DNA of 64,000 nt from an uncultured Spirochaetia bacterium. Its GTDB lineage: Bacteria > Desulfobacterota_D > UBA1144 > Nemesobacterales > JADFKM01. Position numbers and translations under genes: made by a program. Shown here piece after piece: positions 9,552 through 18,834 of the stretch (the stretch's first letter is position 1; the number at the start of each line of letters is the position of its first letter). Under the pieces are notes generated by a model, which saw only the letters and a list, made by a program, of their open reading frames with translations, did not search any database and was not told the DNA's origin. The DNA lies in NCBI GenBank assembly GCA_964639895.1, contig CAZXEJ010000004.1, positions 1,033 to 65,032 of the forward strand. The letters run 5' to 3'.

Positions 9552-11093
9552 CTAGACGGGAGACAGGGCGACCGGCATGACGCCGCGGGACTCGGCGAGC
9601 CCCAGGAGCACCGAGGCCGCCGCTTCCTGTACGGCATCGGCCCCATCGAACGCAGCCACCATGTTATCAAATCCCTCCAGCCCCTTCAACACGTAGGGAG
9701 AGCCGAACGAGACGATGGTGCAGCTGGCCGCCGTACTGCGTGGAGCACGCTCCAGCAGAGTGCGCGCCTCTTCGTCGAGGCAGGTGAGGTCGCCCCCTGC
9801 ACCGACCCCTGTAAAGACGGCGCACACGAGATCGCAGCTGGCGAGGGCGGGCGAGGAGGGATCGAGTCGGCGCAGTGGAAGGACGCTGCACTCCACCCCC
9901 TTGCCCCTAAGTGCGCGCGCGAGCGGGGCGGCGGCCTCTTCGGCCGCTCGGCCCCTCGTATCTTCTACGCAGACGGCGACGCGCCCTCCGACGGGGCCGC
10001 CCCACTTTATGCGGCATACCGAGCGCGATGCCACTTCGCGCCAAAGCTCCCGGACCGAGGGTACGTCAAGTTCTGCGGCCCGCGCCCGGGTGAGCCGGCG
10101 GGAGGCCAGGCGCTGGAGCAGGCCCGCGATCCTCAAAGCCGCCGCGCGCACGCTACGCTCGAGCGCGGCGTCCCCCGCACAGAGCTCCTCGAGGCGGCGG
10201 CACAGGCCGGCCGGATCGGCCGGGTCGAGTATGACGTCGCATCCGGCCTCGAGTGCGCGGCGCGCGAGCTCGACTTCGTCGCCCATCGCCGCAATCCCCT
10301 CCATGCGGAACGAATCGGTGAAGACGAGGCCGCCAAAGGAGAGTCCCCCACGCAGCACCCCGCCCACCACCGGGCGCGAAACGGTGGCCGGCGCGCCCGA
10401 GGGGTCGAGCGCCGGGTAGGCCACGTGTGCCGTCATAACCGCGTCAACCCCGCAACGTACTGCCTCGCCGAAGGGAACCACATCGAGGGTCTCGATCTCC
10501 TCCCTGCCGCGGGGGTCGACGGGGAGTTCGGCGTGGGAGTCTGAGGCCACGGCCCCGTGGCCCGGGAAGTGCTTGGCCGTAGCCGCCACCCCCGCCCTCT
10601 GGGCACCCTCCACGTAGGCCGCGCCGAGTGCGCCCGCAAGTCGGGGGTCGTCGCCGAACGAGCGGGTGTTTATTATGGGGTTCGCGGGACAGGTGTTGAG
10701 GTCGAGCACCGGCGCGAAGAGCACGTTGAGCCCAAGCGCGCACATCTCCCCGGCCGTGATCTCCGCCTGTGCGCGCGCAAGGCGCTTGCTGCGCGCCGCA
10801 CCCAGCGACATGGCCGAGGGGAGCACGGCGCACCCGTCGACCGTCTGTCCCACGCCCCGCTCGGCGTCCACGGCGAAAAGGAGCTCTCTTGCGGCGAGGC
10901 TCGACAGCGTGCGAACGGCCTCGGCCACCGAGCAACCGTCCCCCCCGAACACGATGAAGCCGCACACGGCGTGACGCTCGAGCAGACGCGCGGCCTCACC
11001 CAGGGGGTCGCCGGAGCGGAAGTCGAGGCGCGGCATCACGACCGCGGCCCGGGCGGAGCCTCTCCGTAGGGTGACAGTAGGCGGAGTCGGCAT
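9552..11093 (-). CDS. nagZ: beta-N-acetylhexosaminidase, GH3 family (NagZ-like, with a C-terminal extension)
   Basis: GH3 motifs KHFPGHG and DSHAELP. The ATG overlaps the anmK TGA (ATGA). Confidence 0.85.
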   Translation of the reverse strand: MPTPPTVTLRRGSARAAVVMPRLDFRSGDPLGEAARLLERHAVCGFIVFGGDGCSVAEAVRTLSSLAARELLFAVDAERGVGQTVDGCAVLPSAMSLGAARSKRLARAQAEITAGEMCALGLNVLFAPVLDLNTCPANPIINTRSFGDDPRLAGALGAAYVEGAQRAGVAATAKHFPGHGAVASDSHAELPVDPRGREEIETLDVVPFGEAVRCGVDAVMTAHVAYPALDPSGAPATVSRPVVGGVLRGGLSFGGLVFTDSFRMEGIAAMGDEVELARRALEAGCDVILDPADPAGLCRRLEELCAGDAALERSVRAAALRIAGLLQRLASRRLTRARAAELDVPSVRELWREVASRSVCRIKWGGPVGGRVAVCVEDTRGRAAEEAAAPLARALRGKGVECSVLPLRRLDPSSPALASCDLVCAVFTGVGAGGDLTCLDEEARTLLERAPRSTAASCTIVSFGSPYVLKGLEGFDNMVAAFDGADAVQEAAASVLLGLAESRGVMPVALSPV

Positions 11094-12277
11094 CAGAGGT
11101 CCCCTCCGAGGGCTATCTTGCCGAGGGGGACGCGCCTAGACGCCCCGGTGGCCGAGGGCAGGTTGCAGCATGCGCCAGCGAGCAGCTCCGAGGCGAGGAA
11201 AGCCATGGCCACGGCCTCCTTGGCCGAGGGGTCTATGCCGTAGGTATCACTCGTCGCCACGCGCAGCGGGGCGAGCCTCTTCCGCAGCCTCTCGACGAGC
11301 AGCGGGTTGGAGGCGCCTCCTCCACTCAGGACCACCTCGGCAGGCTCGCGGCTCGGCAGCACAAACCTCTCGTAGGCGAGCGCGATCGATTCCACCGTGA
11401 ACTCAAGGAGCGTCCTCAGCAAGTCATAGACCCACCCGCTCCGGCCGCGCCCGTGTTCCCAGAGTTCCCTGGCCATCCGTGGGCCGAACTCCTCGAGTCC
11501 AGTCGACTTGGGCGGCGGCTTGGCCAGATAGGGGTGGCTCAGCAGGCGCGAGAGCAGCCCTTCGACCACCGTCCCGCGGCGTGCCCACTCGGCGTCGCGG
11601 TCGTACCGCCTCTCGCCCCCGGTGGCCGCCGTCACTACAGCGTCCATGAGCGCGTTGCCGGGCCCCGTATCGAAGGCCACGACGTCGTCGAGGCGGTCGG
11701 AGACCACCGTGACGTTGGCGATGCCGCCTACGTTCTGGGCGGCCGTCACGGCGCCCGGCCTGTGGAATAGCACGTAGTCCACGTAGGGCACGATCGGCGC
11801 CCCCTCGCCGCCTGCGGCCATGTCGGCCGGCCTGAAGTCGCCCACCGTGATGATTCCCGTCACCTTGGCTATGAGGTCCAAGTCGCCCAGCTGGACGGTT
11901 GCAGGAGCGGTGCTCCTGGAGGGAGGAGCGTGATAGACGGTCTGTCCGTGCGATCCTATGAGATCGACGTCTTCCGGCGCGAGGCCGGCCCGCTCCACGA
12001 CGGCGAGCGCCGCCTCGGCGAAGGCGCGCCCGAGCCGGAAGTGGAGCCCTGCCGCAAGCTCGAGCGAGCCCGTCTCGACCAGACGGTCGAGATCCTCAGC
12101 GAGTGTCGGCTCGTAGGGCACGGTCATGAACTCCACCACGCGCAGCTTTGCCCCTGTACCCGAGCCCTGCACCTCGACCAGGGCCGCATCGATGCCGTCG
12201 CGCGAAGTGCCCGACATCAGGCCCACGACCAGCCTGCTGCTCTTTGCAACTATGTCCTCCAACCGCCGCACGCTCAC
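11093..12277 (-). CDS. anmK: anhydro-N-acetylmuramic acid kinase
   Basis: The N-terminal motif GLMSGTSRDGIDAAL is typical of AnmK. 394 aa, overlapping murQ by 4 nt. Confidence 0.85.
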   Translation of the reverse strand: MSVRRLEDIVAKSSRLVVGLMSGTSRDGIDAALVEVQGSGTGAKLRVVEFMTVPYEPTLAEDLDRLVETGSLELAAGLHFRLGRAFAEAALAVVERAGLAPEDVDLIGSHGQTVYHAPPSRSTAPATVQLGDLDLIAKVTGIITVGDFRPADMAAGGEGAPIVPYVDYVLFHRPGAVTAAQNVGGIANVTVVSDRLDDVVAFDTGPGNALMDAVVTAATGGERRYDRDAEWARRGTVVEGLLSRLLSHPYLAKPPPKSTGLEEFGPRMARELWEHGRGRSGWVYDLLRTLLEFTVESIALAYERFVLPSREPAEVVLSGGGASNPLLVERLRKRLAPLRVATSDTYGIDPSAKEAVAMAFLASELLAGACCNLPSATGASRRVPLGKIALGGDL

Positions 12278-13206
12278 CGCTCCCCCCTCTTCCCGCCCCC
12301 CGCGACCTCCTCACCGAGCGCCGCCCTCAACCTGCCTCGGGCCGCCGCCAAGCGCCGTCTCGCCTCCCGGACCGTGACGCCCAGCCTGCCCACGACGACG
12401 GCCGTCTTGACGTCCCGCCCCGCCCTATCGAGCAGGCGGCGCGCCTCCTCCCTGTCCACGCCCACGAGCTTCATCACTATCCTCTCCTGGCGCATCCTCA
12501 GCTTCTCCGACGCAGGCCTCACCTCAACCATCAGGTTGCCGTAGGTCTTGCCCAGCCCCACCATGGCCGCCGTGGTCAGCATGTTGAGCACCATCTTCGT
12601 GGCCGTACCCGACTTCATACGCGTAGAGCCCGCGATGACCTCGGGCCCCACGTCCACGCATATGTCGACGTCGGCCAGTGGGCTACCAAGGGGGTTGCAC
12701 GCCACGAGCACCGTGGCGGCCCCGACGCTGCGCGCGTAGTCGAGCGCCCCCTCGACGAAAGGAGTACCGGCGCTGGCCGCGATCCCCACCACTGCGTCCG
12801 CGGCCGAGAGTGCCGCCCGCTCAAGCTCGGGCAACGCCCCTTCTCTCTCGTCCTCGGCCCCCTCGACGGAGCGCCAGAGGGCGCGGCGCCCGCCGGCTAC
12901 GACGGCTCTCACCATGGAAGGAGGGGTGCCGAAGGTGGGCGGGCACTCGGCGGCCTCCATGGCAGCAAGCCTGCCGCTCGTGCCGCATCCAACGAAGAAC
13001 AGCCTGCCCCCGCCGGCAAGCCTCGCACGCACCAGTTCGACGGCGCGCTCGATCTCCGGCAGCGCGCGCGCCACGGCGACGGCCACCTTGGCGTCCTCGC
13101 GGGCGATCAGCGCGAGCACCTCGCGCGTGCTCATGCAATCGAGGCGGGCCGCTTCGGCCAGATCGCCCTCCGTCGCGAGCCCGTCTATGGGTGCCCTTCC
13201 CTTCAT
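12274..13206 (-). CDS. murQ: N-acetylmuramic acid 6-phosphate etherase
   Basis: SIS domain with FFVGCGTSGRLA and …IAGSTRMKSGTATKMVLN…; 310 aa. Confidence 0.85.
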   Translation of the reverse strand: MKGRAPIDGLATEGDLAEAARLDCMSTREVLALIAREDAKVAVAVARALPEIERAVELVRARLAGGGRLFFVGCGTSGRLAAMEAAECPPTFGTPPSMVRAVVAGGRRALWRSVEGAEDEREGALPELERAALSAADAVVGIAASAGTPFVEGALDYARSVGAATVLVACNPLGSPLADVDICVDVGPEVIAGSTRMKSGTATKMVLNMLTTAAMVGLGKTYGNLMVEVRPASEKLRMRQERIVMKLVGVDREEARRLLDRAGRDVKTAVVVGRLGVTVREARRRLAAARGRLRAALGEEVAGGGKRGER

Positions 13207-13559
13207 CTATTGCTCCCTCGTCCAGGGCGACGCCCACTGACGCGGCACCCCCCGCAGGAGGCGCACATACGCCGCCTCCCCCCGCCGCGCGGCATCTTCA
13301 CCCAACCCGAACGCGACGCGGCCTTCCCAGCCGCCTGCGCCCCGCGCCGCCCGAGACGGGGCGGGAAAAGCCGCTCAATCTAAATCATAACAGCTTGACG
13401 CGCCGGCCGTAAGAAGGGCCGCTTCCCTTGCATAGGTGCTCCTCCCTGCTCGGGGGGTTGATCCATACGCCGTGGTCGTTATGTTATAATATGAGGGAGT
13501 CGGAGGAGCGGCCATCGAGCGGCGGAAACGTCAAGCCCACACAGGCCGCAACCGGACGA

Positions 13560-13635
13560 GCGGGTGTAGCTCAGCTGGTAGAGCACAAGCTTCCCAAGCT
13601 TGGGGTCGCGGGTTCGAGCCCCGTCACCCGCTCCA
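13560..13635 (+). tRNA. tRNA-Gly (anticodon CCC)
   Basis: I folded the cloverleaf by hand: acceptor stem GCGGGTG/CACCCGC, D-arm GCTC-AGCTGGTA-GAGC, anticodon stem CAAGC/GCTTG with loop TTCCCAA, T-arm GCGGG-TTCGAGC-CCCGT, discriminator U, and an encoded CCA. Confidence 0.85.
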
Positions 13636-13638
13636 CCC

Positions 13639-14655
13639 TCACCGTTCCTGCCTGCGCTTCCTCTCTTCCAGCATGTACCGTATGGCCGCCCTCACGAAGC
13701 GGCTGCGCTCGGCCTGGCCGACAAGGCCCGTTATACGGTCATAGAGGGTGGGATCGTTGAGCAATGCACCCAGTGTCCCCTCGCCACCTTCGAGCTTCTC
13801 CGTTATGACCCTCAGGTTGTGCACCGCCTCCGCCAGCTCCACGGCCACGCCGTCGTCGGCCGCAAGAAGCTCCATGGTCCTGTCGAGGTTCTTCACCGAT
13901 CGCTCCAGACTGCGGTCGAACTCCTCGTCGTAGAGCAGCGTATGGAGCACGCCGCCGCCCTCGTTGATGCGCCTCAGGACGGTGTTCAGGTTGGAGATCG
14001 CCTCCTCCAGCCCTCCCACTCCCTCACGAGCGCCGTCGCCGTAAATGAGCTGGTGAACGAGGCCGTCGCCCTTCTCCACCTCTTCGACCGTCCTCCTCAA
14101 CGACGCTATCGTCCTTGAGAGGTTGTCCACGGTCTCGTGCTCCTTGAACGTGCCGACCAGCTCGTTGAGGCTCTTTGAGATGGCGACGATGTTCTCGATC
14201 AGCTCTTCGGACTCGCCGAGCAACTTGTCGAATTCAGGGTAGCTGTAGCTCTTTATCTCGATAACACTGGGCAGATTCTCCAGCGGCGGCTCGTTGCCGC
14301 GTACTATCTCGATGTATTTGTCACCGAGCAGACCCTCGGTCTTTATGGTGGCCGTCGAGTCGGGGGACAGACGCTCCATACCCTCGCGCGTGACCTCCAT
14401 GTCCACCACAATCGATTTGGCGTTGACGTCCTCGGGAAACCGGATCGCCGATACCATACCTATCCGCACCCCCGACAAGCGGACGACGGCTCCCTCGGTG
14501 AGACCCGCCGTGTTGTTAAAGCGCGTGCGCACGATGTAGCGCTTCTCGAAGAGACTCCTTCCACCGCCTACGCCGAAGATAAAGACGACGAACAACACCA
14601 ACGCGGCCACTATGAGGAGTCCCACCCTCAGATTGGTGGCAAGCTCCTTCTGCAT
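13639..14655 (-). CDS. MCE/MlaD-family protein (N-terminal transmembrane segment, MCE domain, long coiled-coil tail)
   Basis: 338 aa with an N-terminal TM helix and an MCE-domain-like region (…VRTRFNNTAGLTEGAVVRLSGVRIGMVSAI…). No mlaE/mlaF genes are adjacent. Confidence 0.7.
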   Translation of the reverse strand: MQKELATNLRVGLLIVAALVLFVVFIFGVGGGRSLFEKRYIVRTRFNNTAGLTEGAVVRLSGVRIGMVSAIRFPEDVNAKSIVVDMEVTREGMERLSPDSTATIKTEGLLGDKYIEIVRGNEPPLENLPSVIEIKSYSYPEFDKLLGESEELIENIVAISKSLNELVGTFKEHETVDNLSRTIASLRRTVEEVEKGDGLVHQLIYGDGAREGVGGLEEAISNLNTVLRRINEGGGVLHTLLYDEEFDRSLERSVKNLDRTMELLAADDGVAVELAEAVHNLRVITEKLEGGEGTLGALLNDPTLYDRITGLVGQAERSRFVRAAIRYMLEERKRRQER

Positions 14656-14825
14656 CTATAAACACCCCCCGTGGGACGGCCCACCGTCGAGAGACGGGTT
14701 GGACCGATTGATAACCCATTACATACTATACGCATCCCCGGGCGGTAATCCAGAACCGTGCACGCCCAAGCCGATGAACGGCCGCGGGGAGGAGTGGGCG
14801 TATTAATCACGACGCCATTTTTGTG

Positions 14826-14831
14826 TATAAT
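14826..14831 (+). promoter_or_regulatory. candidate extended -10 (TGTGTATAAT) for purH
   Basis: tgtgTATAAT lies about 75 nt upstream of the purH ATG in a 250-bp divergent intergenic region. Confidence 0.3.
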
Positions 14832-14905
14832 AGGAACCCGTTCCACAGCGGTAGTATGGCCCCCCGTCGGGGTGCGGCAGCTCTCATCACCGAGGAGTAA
14901 GCGAC

Positions 14906-16468
14906 ATGAACACCATAACCAGGGCGCTCATCAGCGTCTATGACAAGAGGGGCGTAGTGGAACTGGCGCGCGCCCTCACCTCTCAGGGCGTCGAGATCCT
15001 CTCGACGGGCGGTACCGCCGAACTGCTCAAGTCCTCCGGCCTCCAACCGGTCGACATCTCCTCCTACACTGACAGCCCCGAGATACTCGGCGGCCGTGTA
15101 AAGAGCCTACATCCCAAGATACACGGCGGCATCCTGGCCGTCCGTGACGATCCCGTCCACAGGGAGCACATGGAGAAACTCGGCATAAAGCCCATCGACC
15201 TCGTGGTGGTGAACTTCTACCCGTTCGAGGAGGTGGTGGCCAAGGACGGCGTCACGCTCGAAGAGGCCATAGAGAACATAGACATCGGCGGCCCCACGAT
15301 GCTCCGCTCGGCGGCCAAGAACTACCGCTACGTGGCCGTACTGTCGTCGCCCGACGACTACGGCCCTTTCATCGACGAACTGCAGCGTCACGGCGGCCGT
15401 ATATCGGAGGCCACGCGCTACAGGCTGGCACGGAAGGCATTCGCCTACGTAGCGCGCTACGACGCCGCGATCGCCAACCACCTGGGCGCCACCGAAGCGG
15501 ACGGCACCCGAGCCCCGTTCCCCGAGACGCTCACGCTCCATATGGAGAAGAGGATGGAGCTTCGCTACGGCGAGAACCCCCACCAGCGGGGCGCATTCTA
15601 CGTCTACCCCCGCCATCGGGGAGCCGACATCGCCTCGGCAGCCACACTGCAAGGCAAAGCGCTCTCGCTCAACAACATCTACGACGCAAACACCGCCATA
15701 GAGATCGTAGGTGAGTTCGCCGAGCCCACGTGCGTCATTGTAAAGCACAACAACCCCTGCGGCGTGGCTACGGCTCCAGGGCCGCGCGAAGCTTTCCTCA
15801 AGGCCAAGGAGTGCGATCCGATGAGCGCATTCGGGGGCATCGTGGCCATAAACGTCGAGGTCGACGCCGAAACCGCCCGTGAGCTGACGTCGATGTTCCT
15901 CGAAGTCGTGGCGGCGCCCTCCTACACGGAGGAGGCGCTCGAGGTACTGGGTAGTAAGAAGAACCTGCGCGTCCTGCGCATCGACGCCCTGGGGAGCGGG
16001 CGCGACGGCGGCTACGACATAAAGCACGTGCGCGGAGGCGCGCTGGTCCAGGACCCCGACACCACGTCGGACGAGGACTTCTCTCAACACACCGTGCCCA
16101 CCGAACGCAAGCCCACCGCCGAAGAGATGGAGGCGCTCAAGTTCGCCTGGAAGGTGGCAAAGCACGTCAAGTCAAACGCCATCGTGCTGGCAAAGGGAAC
16201 CCAGACGATAGGGATAGGTGCGGGGCAGATGAGCAGGGTGGACTCGGTCAAGATCGCCGCCATGAAGGCCAACGTTTCGACAGAGGGGTCGGTGCTCGCC
16301 TCGGACGCCTTCTTCCCCTTCCGCGACGGCGTAGACGAGGCGGCCAAGGCGGGGGTTAGGGCCGTCGTCCAGCCGGGGGGCTCCATCAGGGACGACGAGG
16401 TGATCAAGGCGTGTAACGAACACGGCATAGCGATGGTGTTCACCGGCGTACGCCACTTCCGCCACTGA
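14906..16468 (+). CDS. purH: bifunctional AICAR transformylase / IMP cyclohydrolase
   Basis: 520 aa. The N-terminal MGS-like domain begins ALISVYDKRGVVELAR, and the C-terminal AICARFT domain follows. Confidence 0.9.
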   Translation: MNTITRALISVYDKRGVVELARALTSQGVEILSTGGTAELLKSSGLQPVDISSYTDSPEILGGRVKSLHPKIHGGILAVRDDPVHREHMEKLGIKPIDLVVVNFYPFEEVVAKDGVTLEEAIENIDIGGPTMLRSAAKNYRYVAVLSSPDDYGPFIDELQRHGGRISEATRYRLARKAFAYVARYDAAIANHLGATEADGTRAPFPETLTLHMEKRMELRYGENPHQRGAFYVYPRHRGADIASAATLQGKALSLNNIYDANTAIEIVGEFAEPTCVIVKHNNPCGVATAPGPREAFLKAKECDPMSAFGGIVAINVEVDAETARELTSMFLEVVAAPSYTEEALEVLGSKKNLRVLRIDALGSGRDGGYDIKHVRGGALVQDPDTTSDEDFSQHTVPTERKPTAEEMEALKFAWKVAKHVKSNAIVLAKGTQTIGIGAGQMSRVDSVKIAAMKANVSTEGSVLASDAFFPFRDGVDEAAKAGVRAVVQPGGSIRDDEVIKACNEHGIAMVFTGVRHFRH

Positions 16469-16515
16469 GCGCCACCTAAACGCCTAGGGACCGGTGCGGC
16501 CGTCGTCCTTCGTCA

Positions 16516-18033
16516 TCATTCAACCTCGATGCCGCGGGCAGCCAGCAGGGTGCCCATGGCCCTCTCCAGGCGGGCCAGCGCTATGTTGTAGTCGGCCACG
16601 GCGCTTATCTTCTGCGCGCGGGCGCTCACCAGGTCGCGCTGGGCCTCAAGGACCTCACGCGTCGTTCCAACCCCGACAGCCAGCTTCTCCTCCTCGTTCC
16701 TGAGTACCTCCTCGGCAAGCCTCACGGCGACGTCGGCGGCCTCGATGCGACGCAAACCGTTTTCCACCTCGCGGACCGCGTTCCTTACGTCCAGCCTCAC
16801 GTTGTCCACTACCCTCTCGAGCTCGTACTCACTCCTGTCCAGCTCGGCCACCGACCTCCGGTAATCGGCCTTGGCCGTCGCGTTATAGAGCGGTATGCTC
16901 AACACCCCGAGCACCTGCCACGAGACGAAGTCGGCGCCGAACAGCTGGTCGATGGCCTTGGTCTCGGAGGCGAACCTGTCCGCTATGGGAGGCGGGGTGG
17001 GGTCGAACACGAGGCGGTTGGGGTTGGCCTCGCCGCCCAGACCGTTGAGGGTAAGCGAGGTCTGAACGGAGAGCGAAGGCAGGCGCTGGTTCGAGTAGAA
17101 TCCCTTGAGCACCCTCTTGCGCTTGAGATCGAGCTTCGCCTGTACCACCTCCGGCCGCTCCGAGACGGCCGTATCGATCGCCTGGTCGAGATCGACCTTC
17201 TTCTCCACCGTCACCGGGGCGTCCACCGGGACTACCTCCACGTCGAGCGGCAGGGAGAGGAGGTTCTTGAGACGGTCTTCTTCGGCCTTGAGGGCGTTCT
17301 CGGCCTCGATTAGATCGACCCTGCGGGCCGCAACCTCGGCCTCGGCCTGGATAACGGCCACGGAGGGAAGTACACCCACCTCTACCTTCGCCTCGTTGCG
17401 GCGCTTGAGGTCGAGAGCCAGGTCGAGGGCCGTCTTTGCAAGGTCGAGATTCTGCCTAGCCGCGACCAGGCGCCAATACGTGGATATCACCTGTAGAAGG
17501 GTGTCGGATACGACGATCTCGACCTGTTCCCTGCTCATCTGGGCGGTACGCTTGGCTACGGTTATCTGCGCCATGTTGACACGGGGGCCGAAGTTCTTGA
17601 GCAGGTCTTGACCGATCGTGAAGCTCAGAGAGGTGGTGAGGCTTGGGCTCAGCGTATCGAGCGGCGAATCGGTCTCCGTTCTAGTGGCCTCGAAGTCCAG
17701 CAGGTCATAGAACGTGCCCGTAGGAAGCCTCCCTTCCAGGCCGCTCGACAGCGAGAATACCTTCGACTCGATCGTGCCGCTCTCAATGAAGGTGCTGGCC
17801 GTGGGAGTGTTGCTGTCGGTGTAGGAGCTCTCGATCTTGAACAGGGGATCGAACGTACCCCACCTGCTCAGCACGTCGGCCGCGGCGGCCTCGGCGTTCT
17901 TCTTCTCGATGAGGATGTCCTTGTTGCGCTCCAGAGCCCTGAGGACGGCCTGATCAAGGGTGAGACGAACCACCTTCCCCGCACCCCCCACGGAGGACGT
18001 GACCAGCAACAACGCAAGCAGAATGTGCGACAT
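16516..18033 (-). CDS. TolC-family outer membrane efflux channel
   Basis: Signal peptide (MSHILLALLLVTSSVGG), then two long alpha-helical/beta repeats rich in QA..LE. The start at MSH has a GGAGG RBS, and I treat the 30-aa upstream extension in the track as spurious. Confidence 0.8.
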   Translation of the reverse strand: MSHILLALLLVTSSVGGAGKVVRLTLDQAVLRALERNKDILIEKKNAEAAAADVLSRWGTFDPLFKIESSYTDSNTPTASTFIESGTIESKVFSLSSGLEGRLPTGTFYDLLDFEATRTETDSPLDTLSPSLTTSLSFTIGQDLLKNFGPRVNMAQITVAKRTAQMSREQVEIVVSDTLLQVISTYWRLVAARQNLDLAKTALDLALDLKRRNEAKVEVGVLPSVAVIQAEAEVAARRVDLIEAENALKAEEDRLKNLLSLPLDVEVVPVDAPVTVEKKVDLDQAIDTAVSERPEVVQAKLDLKRKRVLKGFYSNQRLPSLSVQTSLTLNGLGGEANPNRLVFDPTPPPIADRFASETKAIDQLFGADFVSWQVLGVLSIPLYNATAKADYRRSVAELDRSEYELERVVDNVRLDVRNAVREVENGLRRIEAADVAVRLAEEVLRNEEEKLAVGVGTTREVLEAQRDLVSARAQKISAVADYNIALARLERAMGTLLAARGIEVE

Positions 18034-18240
18034 GACTTTCCTCCAAAGAGACGCCCCCGTTTGCCGTGCGGGCCGGGTTGTGACCGGCTCGACGCGCCGG
18101 GAGGGACTGCACGAGACCCGCACGAACCGTCCCGCACACCCACGGGTTCAGCGCGGGATTTGTCTCGGCGGACCCGGCTGTTTATTATATGCAATAGTTC
18201 CCCCCTGCGCCACACCGCAGGCGAGAGCGTCGGCCGAGAT

Positions 18241-18834
18241 ATGAAGATCACACTCTACTACGACTACGTATGCCCCTATTGCTACATCGCCACAACGCGG
18301 CTGCAGCGGCTCGGCGGCGAACTGGGATTCGAGGTGGAGTGGCGGGGAATAGAGATTCACCCCGAACTGCCCCCACAGGGAGTCCGCCGCAGGGAGACGC
18401 CCAGGGGCAGAGCACTAGAGGAGTACCTCCGCCTCGTGGCCGAGACCGAAGGGGTGGAGATATCGCTGCCCGGGTTCGTAACGAACACGAGGCCGGCGCT
18501 GGAGCTATCGGAACTGGCCAAAGACCTCGGCCTCTTCGGCGAGCTGCACGGTGCGCTCTACAGGGCGTACTTCGTAGAGGGTGTCAACATAGGAATGCCG
18601 AACGAAGTGGCCCGGGTGGCCGTAAGAGCGGGACTCGACGCCCACGCGGTAGGGAGGGCCATAAAGAACAGGACCATGAGGGAGCGCGTAGAGGAGAACG
18701 TGCGGGCGGCCGAGAGAGACATGGTGCTGGGGGTGCCTACCTGCGTCTGGGAGGACGGGTTCGCACTCTATGGCAACCAGGAGCTGGATACCCTGAGAAA
18801 GGTGCTCGAAGACCGCCGCTCCAGGGGCACATAG
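18241..18834 (+). CDS. DsbA-family thiol:disulfide oxidoreductase (FrnE/HCCA-isomerase-like)
   Basis: 197 aa with a YDYVCPYCY active-site motif. It is the real 3' part of the long track ORF 17608-18834, whose 5' portion is antisense to tolC. Confidence 0.75.
   Translation: MKITLYYDYVCPYCYIATTRLQRLGGELGFEVEWRGIEIHPELPPQGVRRRETPRGRALEEYLRLVAETEGVEISLPGFVTNTRPALELSELAKDLGLFGELHGALYRAYFVEGVNIGMPNEVARVAVRAGLDAHAVGRAIKNRTMRERVEENVRAAERDMVLGVPTCVWEDGFALYGNQELDTLRKVLEDRRSRGT

Noticed and set aside
12148-13383. 411-aa plus-strand ORF antisense to murQ
   Set aside because: It is low-complexity P/R/A-rich, and murQ motifs are on the minus strand.
15107-16165. 352-aa ORF antisense to purH
   Set aside because: It is antisense junk.
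17608-18240. 5' two-thirds of track ORF 17608-18834
   Set aside because: This part is antisense to tolC. Only the portion from the ATG at 18241 (the DsbA-like domain) is a real gene.
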